Below are positions 39,866 through 48,758 of a stretch of 64,000 bases of DNA, one piece after another. The stretch's first letter is position 1, and the number at the start of each line of letters is the position of its first letter. The stretch covers positions 73,443 to 137,442 of the forward strand of contig DAHVQG010000009.1 of the NCBI GenBank assembly GCA_027317865.1, read 5' to 3'. Origin of the DNA: Bdellovibrionales bacterium (lineage in GTDB: Bacteria > Bdellovibrionota > Bdellovibrionia > Bdellovibrionales > UBA1609). The notes below the pieces were generated by a model that was not told where the DNA came from, searched no databases, and saw nothing but the letters and a program-made list of their open reading frames with translations. Both the position numbers and the translations under genes were made by a program.

Positions 39866-41284
39866 TCATGCAGATAGGCGCTCGTCTATAATTGCACTTA
39901 TTCGTTCGACTGCACCCTTAATTGTAAGTGCCTTTTTTGGATTGAGTACAACCAGCACCGTCTCAGACTCCGCTTTATCTCTTAACGACGAGATAATTTC
40001 GGAGTGGTTTGTAACTTCTTGTAATCGACCATCGGTACCAACCACAAAAACATTATCATCACTTGATTTGTACATTGTGCTTTTAAGCTCAACGATCGCA
40101 TAGTCGACGTCGACTTTCATCCCTTTTGCCTCAAGTTTTTCCTTAATTACTGACTCTTTTCCTTTTTCTACGCGATAATTGTGCGACACTTTTCTGCTCA
40201 AAATCGAGCTGGCAATCTCACTTGCGTACTTTAGTTTCTTATTTTGGGACTTAACCCGCGCCAAAACTGAAACGAGCGACCAAATAGAATCCTCAGTCAT
40301 TTGAACGTACGCATCTAAATTGCTTTCAATGAATCTAGTTCTTGCATGTTTGTTCGGCAGTCCCTTGGCTCTTGTGAGAAGTGTCCCCATTGCAATTAGA
40401 TATTCTGGAATAAATGGCTTAATTTCGCCATTCTGCCGAAGATGCTTCATTTCTTCGACTATAAATCTGATTAGACGTTCAATCATATACTCTAAAACTT
40501 TCACTTTTCGGTGGAAGTAAATGGTTCTATTCATAAGCTGCCTTGCGATCACGTAACTTTCATAGGTTTTAACACCTTTGTAGTTCAGCCCCAGGGTCAG
40601 CGGATTTTTTGGATCATGCTTGATAACCGTGAGGGAATTGATTAGATATTGGAGGTCTATTTTCCCAATAGCGGTGCCACTGAAGTGGGAGTCTCTCACC
40701 AAATAATCCATTCGATCGACATCGAGTTGCGACGAGACAATTTGTTTTAAAAATCTGGGCATGTCCGATGATGATTCTTTGCTAATTATATGGGAAACGG
40801 TATTAACATCTATATTTTCTGCTAGCAGCGAAGCAGAAATACTCGACTTTTTCGCCGATATTATGGCGGCGCTCCATTCCTCATGTAGAGGGGCGTTTTT
40901 AAAACCTGTAAGATCCTTTAATACATTTTCAAAAGAATGAGAAAATGGCCCGTGACCAACATCATGTAGAAGCGCAGCAGCAATAACCTCTTTACGATAT
41001 TTTCTGATTTTGTTTTTTAGAGATCTATCGCACTCCTGCTCGATTAAATGCTCGACCACCTGGCGCGCAAGGTAAGCAGCACCTAAACTGTGGCAAAACC
41101 GAGAATGGGTTGCCCCCGGAAAAACATAAGACGCCAATCCGAGCTGTGAAATTCGACGCAATCGCTGAAACTCGCGTGAATCGATGACCGCCTTCATCCA
41201 GGAGCGAGTCTTGTTATCGCTTCCAAAATTCATGACCTCATGCACGGGGTCATTCACAATTATGTTAAACGCCACTTTGCCCAA
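39866..41284 (-). CDS. HD-domain phosphohydrolase, SAMHD1/YdhJ-like dNTP triphosphohydrolase family
   Basis: DPVH, FQRLRRISQLG, PGATHSRFCHSLG, LLHDVGHGPFSH, LDVDRMDYLVRD, IYFH; GGAGG RBS before TTG. Confidence 0.88.
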   Translation of the reverse strand: MGKVAFNIIVNDPVHEVMNFGSDNKTRSWMKAVIDSREFQRLRRISQLGLASYVFPGATHSRFCHSLGAAYLARQVVEHLIEQECDRSLKNKIRKYRKEVIAAALLHDVGHGPFSHSFENVLKDLTGFKNAPLHEEWSAAIISAKKSSISASLLAENIDVNTVSHIISKESSSDMPRFLKQIVSSQLDVDRMDYLVRDSHFSGTAIGKIDLQYLINSLTVIKHDPKNPLTLGLNYKGVKTYESYVIARQLMNRTIYFHRKVKVLEYMIERLIRFIVEEMKHLRQNGEIKPFIPEYLIAMGTLLTRAKGLPNKHARTRFIESNLDAYVQMTEDSIWSLVSVLARVKSQNKKLKYASEIASSILSRKVSHNYRVEKGKESVIKEKLEAKGMKVDVDYAIVELKSTMYKSSDDNVFVVGTDGRLQEVTNHSEIISSLRDKAESETVLVVLNPKKALTIKGAVERISAIIDERLSA

Positions 41285-41529
41285 GTATCCTCCGATGCTG
41301 CCGTTTGATCGGCTGATTTAGAGCTTATATGTATGGACTTGGGTCTATCCTGATGATTGATACTAACCGAAAACTGTATATGCGGCCGGGTCCTTGACAT
41401 GTGGTCCGAGCGTGAAGTACAGCTGTTCAATCAGCTTTGATTGGCTGAAATACCGAGACCCTTGACTGGGCCTTTAATGCTTGAGTGCAACGACAAATGT
41501 GCGAGGACGCACATCGGAAAGGATGACAT

Positions 41530-42081
41530 ATGTCTAACGACAACATTAACAATATTGATTCTCTATTAGTAAATCTTGAAAACGATTCCCAGAAACTAAC
41601 CGACAAGTTGACGGTGATTTCCGAGAAAATCAAAAGGGTCGAAAACGCCCTTCAGACCCTTAACATCGGCATAGACGTTTCAATGGAATTCCAAGCCCAG
41701 CCATTATCTTCAGACGAAAGAACTGCGGTAACGGAGCGTATTGTTCCCGATTGGCAGTTCATCAATGCCTACGCGAAAGACGGGATCCGATGGGCAAGAA
41801 ACGAGCAATCCGGCAAGTTTCGCTTGTTGTACACGCGGACAATTTACGAAGACCGGATATCACTCGGATACGGTGACGCCCCAAAAGGGACCTATTCAAC
41901 CTCAGCGTATGGCTGCGCTCAGTACCCCGACGGAGTCACAGTTACTAAGCCTTTGATAGAATGTTCAATTGACGTTCGACTACGCCTGTGGCCGGAACTC
42001 CCGGCTTTTCTAGCTAAGCTTCATGGCGCTATCGAAAAGATCATTTCCGTCGAAAAAATCTCCATTAACGGAGGTTTTTAA
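41530..42081 (+). CDS. Hypothetical protein with N-terminal coiled coil
   Basis: AAGGA RBS; stop directly abuts the next ATG. Confidence 0.65.
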   Translation: MSNDNINNIDSLLVNLENDSQKLTDKLTVISEKIKRVENALQTLNIGIDVSMEFQAQPLSSDERTAVTERIVPDWQFINAYAKDGIRWARNEQSGKFRLLYTRTIYEDRISLGYGDAPKGTYSTSAYGCAQYPDGVTVTKPLIECSIDVRLRLWPELPAFLAKLHGAIEKIISVEKISINGGF

Positions 42082-42987
42082 ATGGTTGACTCAGAATTTT
42101 TGGATCTGATCTATGACTCTGCCCTCAAATCATTCTGGCGAATTAAGGCTCTAAAACGTTTTTTATCGTCAATTGGGATATCTGACGCATTCCTAACTGG
42201 TAACGGCGAGAAAGAACGGAAGCGCGATGTTTTGGACCGTGTTTTTGAAAAACTGCGCAAACACCCTAAAGGGCCAGCAGTATTTGAAGCGATGGCAACT
42301 AGTTTATCAGAGCGCACTGAATTTCCTGACTTGCAAAATTGGGAAGATTCCGATGACAAAATAAGGGAGGCTACATTAGCCAAGCTTAAACTGCGGAAGT
42401 ACCTGAAAAGGCGAGAAGATAAAAGAAAGGATGAAAAGGAACAAGCAGCTGCACGGGAGCGAGATGCAAAACGTCGTGAAGAAATCGCGGCCCGGAATAA
42501 CTCGCTTAGTAAATTGGAACATCGATTTAATGAACTAGCCAACAAAATTGGTACTGCTGCCGGAGGATACGAATTTCAAGAATGGTTTTATGACCTGCTC
42601 GATTTTTACGAGATTCAGTGCCGCCGTCCATATACGGTAGACGGGCGTCAAATTGACGGCTCCGTAACTGTAAGTGGCACTACCTATCTTGTTGAATTAA
42701 AATTTACTCAAGCGCAAATCGGCGCGACGGACGTGGACAGTTTGTTTAGAAAAGTTGAAACAAAAGCAGACAATACTATGGGGATTTTGGTTTCAGTTGC
42801 AGGGTACAGCTCAGTTGCAGTTAAAGAAGCGTCAAGAGCAAAAACTGTTTTGTTACTATTAGATCATGGACACCTCATCGCGGCCCTACGCGGAACAGTT
42901 GATCTAGTGGACGTAATCGAGCGTGTTCGTCGACATGCCTCACAAACGGGCGAAGCATTTTTACCAATACAAGAATTTGGAGGGTGA
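42082..42987 (+). CDS. Restriction endonuclease-like protein (C-terminal Mrr-type PD-(D/E)xK domain)
   Basis: GYEFQ ... QIDG ... YLVELKF ... GILVS..GYS..A; GGAGG RBS. Confidence 0.8.
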   Translation: MVDSEFLDLIYDSALKSFWRIKALKRFLSSIGISDAFLTGNGEKERKRDVLDRVFEKLRKHPKGPAVFEAMATSLSERTEFPDLQNWEDSDDKIREATLAKLKLRKYLKRREDKRKDEKEQAAARERDAKRREEIAARNNSLSKLEHRFNELANKIGTAAGGYEFQEWFYDLLDFYEIQCRRPYTVDGRQIDGSVTVSGTTYLVELKFTQAQIGATDVDSLFRKVETKADNTMGILVSVAGYSSVAVKEASRAKTVLLLLDHGHLIAALRGTVDLVDVIERVRRHASQTGEAFLPIQEFGG

Positions 42988-43314
42988 TATAATGGCGGTA
43001 CCTCGCCGGTTTGTGAAAATCCAATATCTTTTCTGTTGATGGTTTCCTCTTAGCAGTAATGAAATAAATCTTAACTTCTGTTAAGACGCAAAAGCTGCTA
43101 TAATTCGAATAAATAGTTATTGTTTTTCTGCTTGCATCGAGTCAGCGATTAATTTGACGATAGCTTGGTTTCTTGCTACTAATATATTGTCTCCTACTAC
43201 TTTTTTACTGCTAGTTTTCGACTAATTAATTGAGCAATTGTTTCTCTGCCCGGCTTTGGCCTTAGTGCCTCCGCTTATCCGCTATTCCTAAAAACAAAAA
43301 TAAAGGAGGTTCTT

Positions 43315-43821
43315 TTGGATAAAGAATCAACGGATAGGTTTACCCTCACGTTATGGGGGTCGTTTGTCGGCTCGTGGCTACTCGTCTTTCTCATGATCAT
43401 TAACGGTGCCGCAAGCTCTAGCAATCCCGCTTATGTGATCATCTCGGTAATACGCTGGATGTTCACCGCTGGCGTCGGCGTTTGGTGCCTCGTTTGGGTG
43501 CTTTGCAAGTGGTTCCCCGAACACTTGGAGGCGTCAGCTAAAGAGGTGGAACGCAACAAGCAAGAGTACGAAAGCTTGATCAACCGGGAGGTCGAGCGAC
43601 GGCTACAAGCAATCCGCGCAAGCGAGTGGAAAGCAAAAGAAGCCGAAAGGAGGCAAAAAGAACGCAGAGAAGCGCAAGAACGCTATCGGAGGGAACTCGA
43701 AGAAAAATGGCGAAAAGAGTTTGAGAAAAAACTCGAAGCTGAAATTCACGCGGTTCGTACCGCAAGCGACGCCACCCAAGAAGCCGTGAGCGACTTCGTC
43801 GATGACGGAGGTGTTGCATGA
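43315..43821 (+). CDS. Two-TM plus charged coiled-coil protein
   Basis: AAGGAGG RBS before TTG; two hydrophobic helices then an E/R/K-rich helix; overlaps the next gene by ATGA. Confidence 0.7.
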   Translation: MDKESTDRFTLTLWGSFVGSWLLVFLMIINGAASSSNPAYVIISVIRWMFTAGVGVWCLVWVLCKWFPEHLEASAKEVERNKQEYESLINREVERRLQAIRASEWKAKEAERRQKERREAQERYRRELEEKWRKEFEKKLEAEIHAVRTASDATQEAVSDFVDDGGVA

Positions 43822-44567
43822 TTGTAACTCAAAGAGACAAAGCGCTGTTTGAAAAACTCCATAGCTATGCGGTTATGACGACTCGTCAGGTGGCAAATAC
43901 GGTCTTCCCAGGGATTGAACTCACAACGACTCTTCGTCGCCTACGCAAACTCGAAAGAGATAACTTTATAAAACGAAATACCGGGCTATCGACTTATGAG
44001 CACTCATGGACGCTCACCGAAAAGGGCGCAAAGCTTGTTTCAGATCGTCCACCAAGATGGCAACAATCGCGCTATTTACTCGAACACGATACTAAGCTCA
44101 CGGCTTTACGACTCGCACTCGAAAGCGCCGGCGTTGCTCAATCGTGGATTCCGGAGCATGAAATCCGCTTCAAGGTTGCCTCAAGGCACGGACTCGAAGT
44201 TGCAAAAGATAAATTGATTCCTGATGGGATCATGGGCGTTGATTGGCAAGGATCGAAAGAGTCGATTGCGATTGAAGTGGAGCTTCACGGCAAAAACTCG
44301 CGTCGGTATTTCCGCAACTTTCACCAGTACAAATACAAGCAAAACATACTTGGCGTGTGGTATCTGACCCCAACTCCTACTCTTGCGCGGACAATCGAAA
44401 AGCTATGGATCAGAGAAGTCGGCATGAATCGAAAACCGTTTTTCTACTGGTCTTTGATCGATGAAGTGATTGAAAAACCGCTCGAAGCAATCGTTCGCTC
44501 AGGAAAAGATCGCAATGCCTTACCGCTTATTTGGCGACCTGGAGGTGCGCTTGCAAAACTAAACTAG
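43818..44567 (+). CDS. Replication-relaxation (Replic_Relax)-like protein: wHTH plus PD-(D/E)xK-like domain
   Basis: TQRD..L, RRLRKL, LTEKG, LEHD, W..E, IPDG, IAIEVE...K...Y. Confidence 0.7.
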   Translation: MIVTQRDKALFEKLHSYAVMTTRQVANTVFPGIELTTTLRRLRKLERDNFIKRNTGLSTYEHSWTLTEKGAKLVSDRPPRWQQSRYLLEHDTKLTALRLALESAGVAQSWIPEHEIRFKVASRHGLEVAKDKLIPDGIMGVDWQGSKESIAIEVELHGKNSRRYFRNFHQYKYKQNILGVWYLTPTPTLARTIEKLWIREVGMNRKPFFYWSLIDEVIEKPLEAIVRSGKDRNALPLIWRPGGALAKLN

Positions 44568-44662
44568 GTTGCTCATACCCCTGCTCACCCACTGAGCAAC
44601 TTTGTCGCTTGTTTTTTGCTTTGAAGTTTACAATTAACTGCTGAATTTCGTTAATCAACTTG

Positions 44663-44767
44663 CGCACCCGCATTGTGAGATAAAAACCGCCTGCACCCGT
44701 GACCACCCTCCCCCTACAACGGTGAAGGGTGGTCACGGCTTACGGCGGTAAAAACAATGCGGGTGCG
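44663..44767. repeat. 105-nt nested inverted repeat (candidate oriT/origin)
   Basis: CGCACCCGCATTGT/ACAATGCGGGTGCG (14 bp), ACCGCC/GGCGGT (6 bp), CCGTGACCACCCT/AGGGTGGTCACGG (13 bp). Confidence 0.85.
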
Positions 44768-44824
44768 AAACAGAAAACAATTAAAGAAGAGGTTTAAGTA
44801 ACAGAATTAACAAAGAGGTAAAGC

Positions 44825-45010
44825 ATGAGAAAGAAATGGGAATGTACCCAAATCAATATCTGCTCTACTGCTATATCTGCTGAAGAATATAATCTACTAG
44901 TTGATGAATGGGCCCAGGCGGTCTATCGTCATTTTTGCCAGCTTTCGTCAGCTAAAATCGAGGCTCCTGAAACTCAAATGCCATCCGTGGCAGAAAGTGC
45001 AGGTGCCTAA
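44825..45010 (+). CDS. Small protein immediately upstream of the recombinase
   Basis: GAGG RBS; stop TAA abuts the recombinase ATG. Confidence 0.6.
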   Translation: MRKKWECTQINICSTAISAEEYNLLVDEWAQAVYRHFCQLSSAKIEAPETQMPSVAESAGA

Positions 45011-46714
45011 ATGAACACAAATAAAAATAAGCAATTTAAGATTGGGCTTTATATTCGGGTCAGTACCGAAGAACAGGCCGAAAATCCTGAAGGCTCAATT
45101 CGCAATCAAGAAGATCGTCTTCGAAGTGCTGTCGAATATAAAAATCGCTATGGTAGTTTCGGTAAGATCCAAGGCGTTTATGTCGATGCCGGCATCTCAG
45201 CAAAAGACATGAAGCGACCCCAGCTTCAAGAACTACTTAAAGCCGTTCGAGCCCAAGAGATTGATCTCGTCATGGTGACAGAACTTTCGCGTCTTTCGCG
45301 TAACACCCGCGACTTTATCGACATGTGGGACATGATGCGCGATAATGGCTGTCAGTTTACAAGTCTTCGCGAAGACTTTGACACGACAAATGCGGCCGGC
45401 GAACTTGTGCTTTTTCAGCTCATGAACTTGGCACAATTTGAAAGACGCCAAACATCTGAGCGCGTTCAAGCCAACATGCTCGCCCGCGCAGCCCGCGGTC
45501 TTTATAACGGCGGCATCGTGCCGGTCGGCTACAAACTGATACCTGACAAGCCTGGTTACCTTGAGATCGATGAGCTAATGGCGGCAATGGTGCGCGAAGC
45601 TTATGCGGCTTACTTACGCGAAGGGTGCCTGTCGAAGGCAGCGCTTTGGCTCAATGAGCAAGGTTATCAACTAAAAAAGCAAACCCAAGGCGGTGGCAAT
45701 TATAAACGCTGCGGTCATTTTACGACTGACAACCTTCAAGGAATGCTTCGCCTCAAAGCTTACGTCGGCATTAAAACCTACACGCAAAAAGGTGAAACCA
45801 AAGAAGTGAAAGCGGTTTGGCCGCCGATCATTGACGTTCACACCTTTAAACGAGTCAATAAACAACTCGATTTAAATAAGGCGAATTACAAGCCTTATAA
45901 AGAAGGTCGCTTCCCTTATCTTTTATCAGGCATGGTCCACTGCAAAACTTGTAAAAGCATGATGCCTGGCAAATCTGCGACCGGTTCGAGAGGCAAAATC
46001 GGTTACCATGAGCACAGTTGGAACACCAAACGAGACTCAACTCTAAAAACAAAGCAATTTCAATGTAACCCGATTCGCATCCCTTCAAGAAAACTCGATC
46101 CGCTCGTCTGGGAGAAAACCGTGGCTTTCGTTACCGATCCGATATTTATGGGCCAGGTTCTTGAAAAAGTACGAAAGCATCACGGCAATAATCCGCGGCA
46201 AAAAGATCGCGAGCGCATCAACGCTAAAATTCGAAGTATTCAAACCCAGGTCGATGCACTGGCCGAACGACTCTCGGAGTTACCTAAGAACGTGTCGGCT
46301 GGACCGATCTATAAACAAATGGCAAAGCTTCAAGAAGTTATGGCCGAGTATGAGAATCAGCTTAAACAATTACAAAACGGTGGCAGAACGACTTACGACC
46401 GAATCGTGGGGCTTGATACCCTCGAATCGTTTGCTCGCTACTACAAAAACTTCGTGATGAATAACACAACGTTTATTCACCGAAAGGAACTCGTTAAAAA
46501 GTTTATTAGCCGGGTTGAGGTAAGTGAGAATTCCGTCGACATCCATTTCATCGCTGATAAAGATTACTACAGGCATGAGCTCGGCCTCCTTGCATCGCGC
46601 AAGGGGGCTCGAGGCCCTTATGGGCGGCCTCAGTTTGTGCCGTTAGAGCTTTCTGAAAATTCTGTGCGTGACGGTTCTTCTACCTTGACTCTTGGTGCCC
46701 CGGGCCGGACTTGA
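45011..46714 (+). CDS. Large serine recombinase (integrase)
   Basis: YIRVST catalytic Ser, SRLSR, AQFER, recombinase domain, LLSG.VHCKTC zinc ribbon, coiled coil; stop codon lies inside the antisense tRNA. Confidence 0.93.
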   Translation: MNTNKNKQFKIGLYIRVSTEEQAENPEGSIRNQEDRLRSAVEYKNRYGSFGKIQGVYVDAGISAKDMKRPQLQELLKAVRAQEIDLVMVTELSRLSRNTRDFIDMWDMMRDNGCQFTSLREDFDTTNAAGELVLFQLMNLAQFERRQTSERVQANMLARAARGLYNGGIVPVGYKLIPDKPGYLEIDELMAAMVREAYAAYLREGCLSKAALWLNEQGYQLKKQTQGGGNYKRCGHFTTDNLQGMLRLKAYVGIKTYTQKGETKEVKAVWPPIIDVHTFKRVNKQLDLNKANYKPYKEGRFPYLLSGMVHCKTCKSMMPGKSATGSRGKIGYHEHSWNTKRDSTLKTKQFQCNPIRIPSRKLDPLVWEKTVAFVTDPIFMGQVLEKVRKHHGNNPRQKDRERINAKIRSIQTQVDALAERLSELPKNVSAGPIYKQMAKLQEVMAEYENQLKQLQNGGRTTYDRIVGLDTLESFARYYKNFVMNNTTFIHRKELVKKFISRVEVSENSVDIHFIADKDYYRHELGLLASRKGARGPYGRPQFVPLELSENSVRDGSSTLTLGAPGRT

Positions 46715-46785
46715 ACCGGCACGCCCGTTATACACGAAGCCCAGGATTTTAAGTCCTGTGCGTCTACCAATTTCGCCACCGGGGC
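46693..46785 (-). tRNA. tRNA-Leu (anticodon TAA)
   Basis: GCCCCGG/CCGGGGC acceptor stem plus ACCA; D-loop TTGGTA; CAGGA-CTTAAAA-TCCTG anticodon arm; long variable arm; GGTTCAAGTCC T-arm. Confidence 0.95.
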
Positions 46786-46994
46786 CAAAGCGCGCGCGGC
46801 TCGTGCGTATTAAAGCAACTTGCGTCAGGCGCGAAAAAAATCGATATAATCCCAAACAATCGCGGCTTGATTGGCATAAGACAACCCTCGACTCATCGTT
46901 TAATCTACAGTTTATTCAGTTGAACGAACCGCCTCCCCGACCCGATCATCAAAACGAGGAGGCCGATAGCGGAATTAGTCCTATCGCGTGCTTC

Positions 46995-47699
46995 ATGAGC
47001 GATTTCTTTTGGGCCTTTAAAAAAACCAACAAATACTTCTGGCCAGTTCTGAAACGAAGCTGGGTTTGGTTATTAGGCGTAACAATTTGCAGTGAAGCCA
47101 TGTACCAGTATTTCACTTACATTGCACAAAATTATCGTCCGCCTTCCGGAGTGAATATTCCCGCGACCTTGGGCGATTTGGTTGCTTCACTCCTTGAGTT
47201 TATAGTCTTGACGATGCTCATCCCACAGCGAGTGATGGAGCTCGATCGTAATGACCCACCTCAAAGTTTTATTGGGTTTGCGAAGAAATACATCAAACCA
47301 CTTACAGCTGAGAGTCTGCGCGCGCTAGCCATGACGATATTGTGGACGCTCGTGTTTATTGTGCCCGGTATTTTTAAATATGTTCGCTATTTTTTGGTGG
47401 GATATGTCGTCGTGGCTGATCCGGAATACGAAGCCGGTAACGTCGATGCGCTGAAGGAGTCTAACCGGTTAGTCAAAGGTATCACGATCGAACTGTTCAT
47501 ATTCGTTGTCATTTTGATATTTCTTGACAGTTGGCAATCAACTCTGCGAGAACACGACCCCTTCACCACGGCTCCTGTGGTCGCTGCGCTGGCTACTGTT
47601 GTATTTTTCTTTTTGAATTATTATGCCAACGTCTTTCTTTTCATGCTATATCAGTCGCGCAAGTTGCGCTTGGGTCATTCGGTGACCGCCGAATCTTGA
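46995..47699 (+). CDS. Integral membrane protein
   Basis: Likely start ATG 46995; several TM helices; FIVPGI..Y.RY, ALKES..LVKG pattern. Confidence 0.7.
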   Translation: MSDFFWAFKKTNKYFWPVLKRSWVWLLGVTICSEAMYQYFTYIAQNYRPPSGVNIPATLGDLVASLLEFIVLTMLIPQRVMELDRNDPPQSFIGFAKKYIKPLTAESLRALAMTILWTLVFIVPGIFKYVRYFLVGYVVVADPEYEAGNVDALKESNRLVKGITIELFIFVVILIFLDSWQSTLREHDPFTTAPVVAALATVVFFFLNYYANVFLFMLYQSRKLRLGHSVTAES

Positions 47700-47714
47700 A
47701 GCAAGGGAGCCAAA

Positions 47715-48758
47715 ATGGGTTTAATGTTTAAATGGAAAGATATTAAAAATCGCGATCGCGGCCTAACATTTGACGATGTCCTCATCATACCTCAGAAATC
47801 GGATGTACGATCGCGGCAGCAGCCGGAACTGTCGACACGATTGACCAAGAAACTTCGCATACAAAAGCCGTTTATATCGGCAAATATGGATACTGTAACA
47901 GAAGCCAACATGGCCATTGCCATGAACAAAGAAGGCGCAGTTGGAATTCTTCATCGCTTTATGTCGATCTCTGATCAAGTGCACGAAGTGCAAGCGCTCA
48001 AAGCATCGGGTGCAACCATCGTTGCGGCTAGTGTCGGGGTAAATGGCGATACCCGAGACCGTGCGAAAGCACTTGTCGATTCGGGAGTAAATCTTTTAAC
48101 AATCGACATTGCACATGGACATTCCGTAGCGATGCTTGAGACACTCAAATGGCTTAAAGATACATACCCTTCAATCGAAGTAATAGCCGGTAATATCGCA
48201 AGCCCGCAAGCGGCACGCGATTTATGCGAGGCCGGTGCCGACGCTATTAAGGTTGGCATTGGCCCTGGTTCGATGTGTACAACACGAATTATTACGGGTT
48301 GCGGTGTTCCGCAATTAACGGCGATTGCGTTGTGCGCCGAAGTTGCGATCGACATGGGCGTACCCCTAATAGCGGACGGCGGAATTAAAACATCCGGCGA
48401 CATTGTAAAGGCACTTGCGTGCGGGGCGGACAGCGTTATGCTTGGCTCATTGCTTTCAGGCACGCTTGAAACTCCCGGCGCAATTCGGCACGGCAAAAAG
48501 CAATATCGCGGGATGGCCTCAAAAGCCGCGCAAGTATCATGGCGTGGTGAAGTCCCGGAAGGGATGGCTCCCGAAGGCGAGTCGACCTATGTCGCAATCA
48601 AAGGTCACGTGAGTGATATTGTTCGTGAACTCGCTGGCGGCGTGCGATCGGGGATGAGTTATATAAACGCACTACGTGTCGAAGAAATCCGCGAACACAC
48701 CCAATTTATTGAGATGTCGCCGCTCGGTTTACGTGAATCTCATGCCCACGGACTCTAA
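47715..48758 (+). CDS. guaC: IMPDH/GMP reductase family, CBS-less; probably GMP reductase
   Basis: [40 protein letters not shown]; no Arg-Tyr dyad in the flap. The symbol is tentative. Confidence 0.65.
   Translation: MGLMFKWKDIKNRDRGLTFDDVLIIPQKSDVRSRQQPELSTRLTKKLRIQKPFISANMDTVTEANMAIAMNKEGAVGILHRFMSISDQVHEVQALKASGATIVAASVGVNGDTRDRAKALVDSGVNLLTIDIAHGHSVAMLETLKWLKDTYPSIEVIAGNIASPQAARDLCEAGADAIKVGIGPGSMCTTRIITGCGVPQLTAIALCAEVAIDMGVPLIADGGIKTSGDIVKALACGADSVMLGSLLSGTLETPGAIRHGKKQYRGMASKAAQVSWRGEVPEGMAPEGESTYVAIKGHVSDIVRELAGGVRSGMSYINALRVEEIREHTQFIEMSPLGLRESHAHGL

Larger units (their letters stand above)
38569..46700. mobile_element. Integrative (probably mobilisable) element of ~8.1 kb in tRNA-Leu(TAA)
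   Basis: Large serine recombinase abutting the tRNA 3' end; TGGTGCCC direct repeats at 38569-38576 and 46693-46700; relaxase-like gene and defence-like cargo inside. Confidence 0.75.

Noticed and set aside
46692-46994. N-terminal 101 codons of the 335-aa ORF, and the 46643-46855 minus-strand ORF
   Set aside because: They translate the tRNA-Leu gene and its upstream region; the membrane protein more plausibly starts at ATG 46995.
47975-48496. Long antisense ORFs (also 56302-56901, 60256-60750, 28559-29020, 42111-42545, 31780-32259)
   Set aside because: Shadow frames opposite well-supported genes, with no protein motifs.
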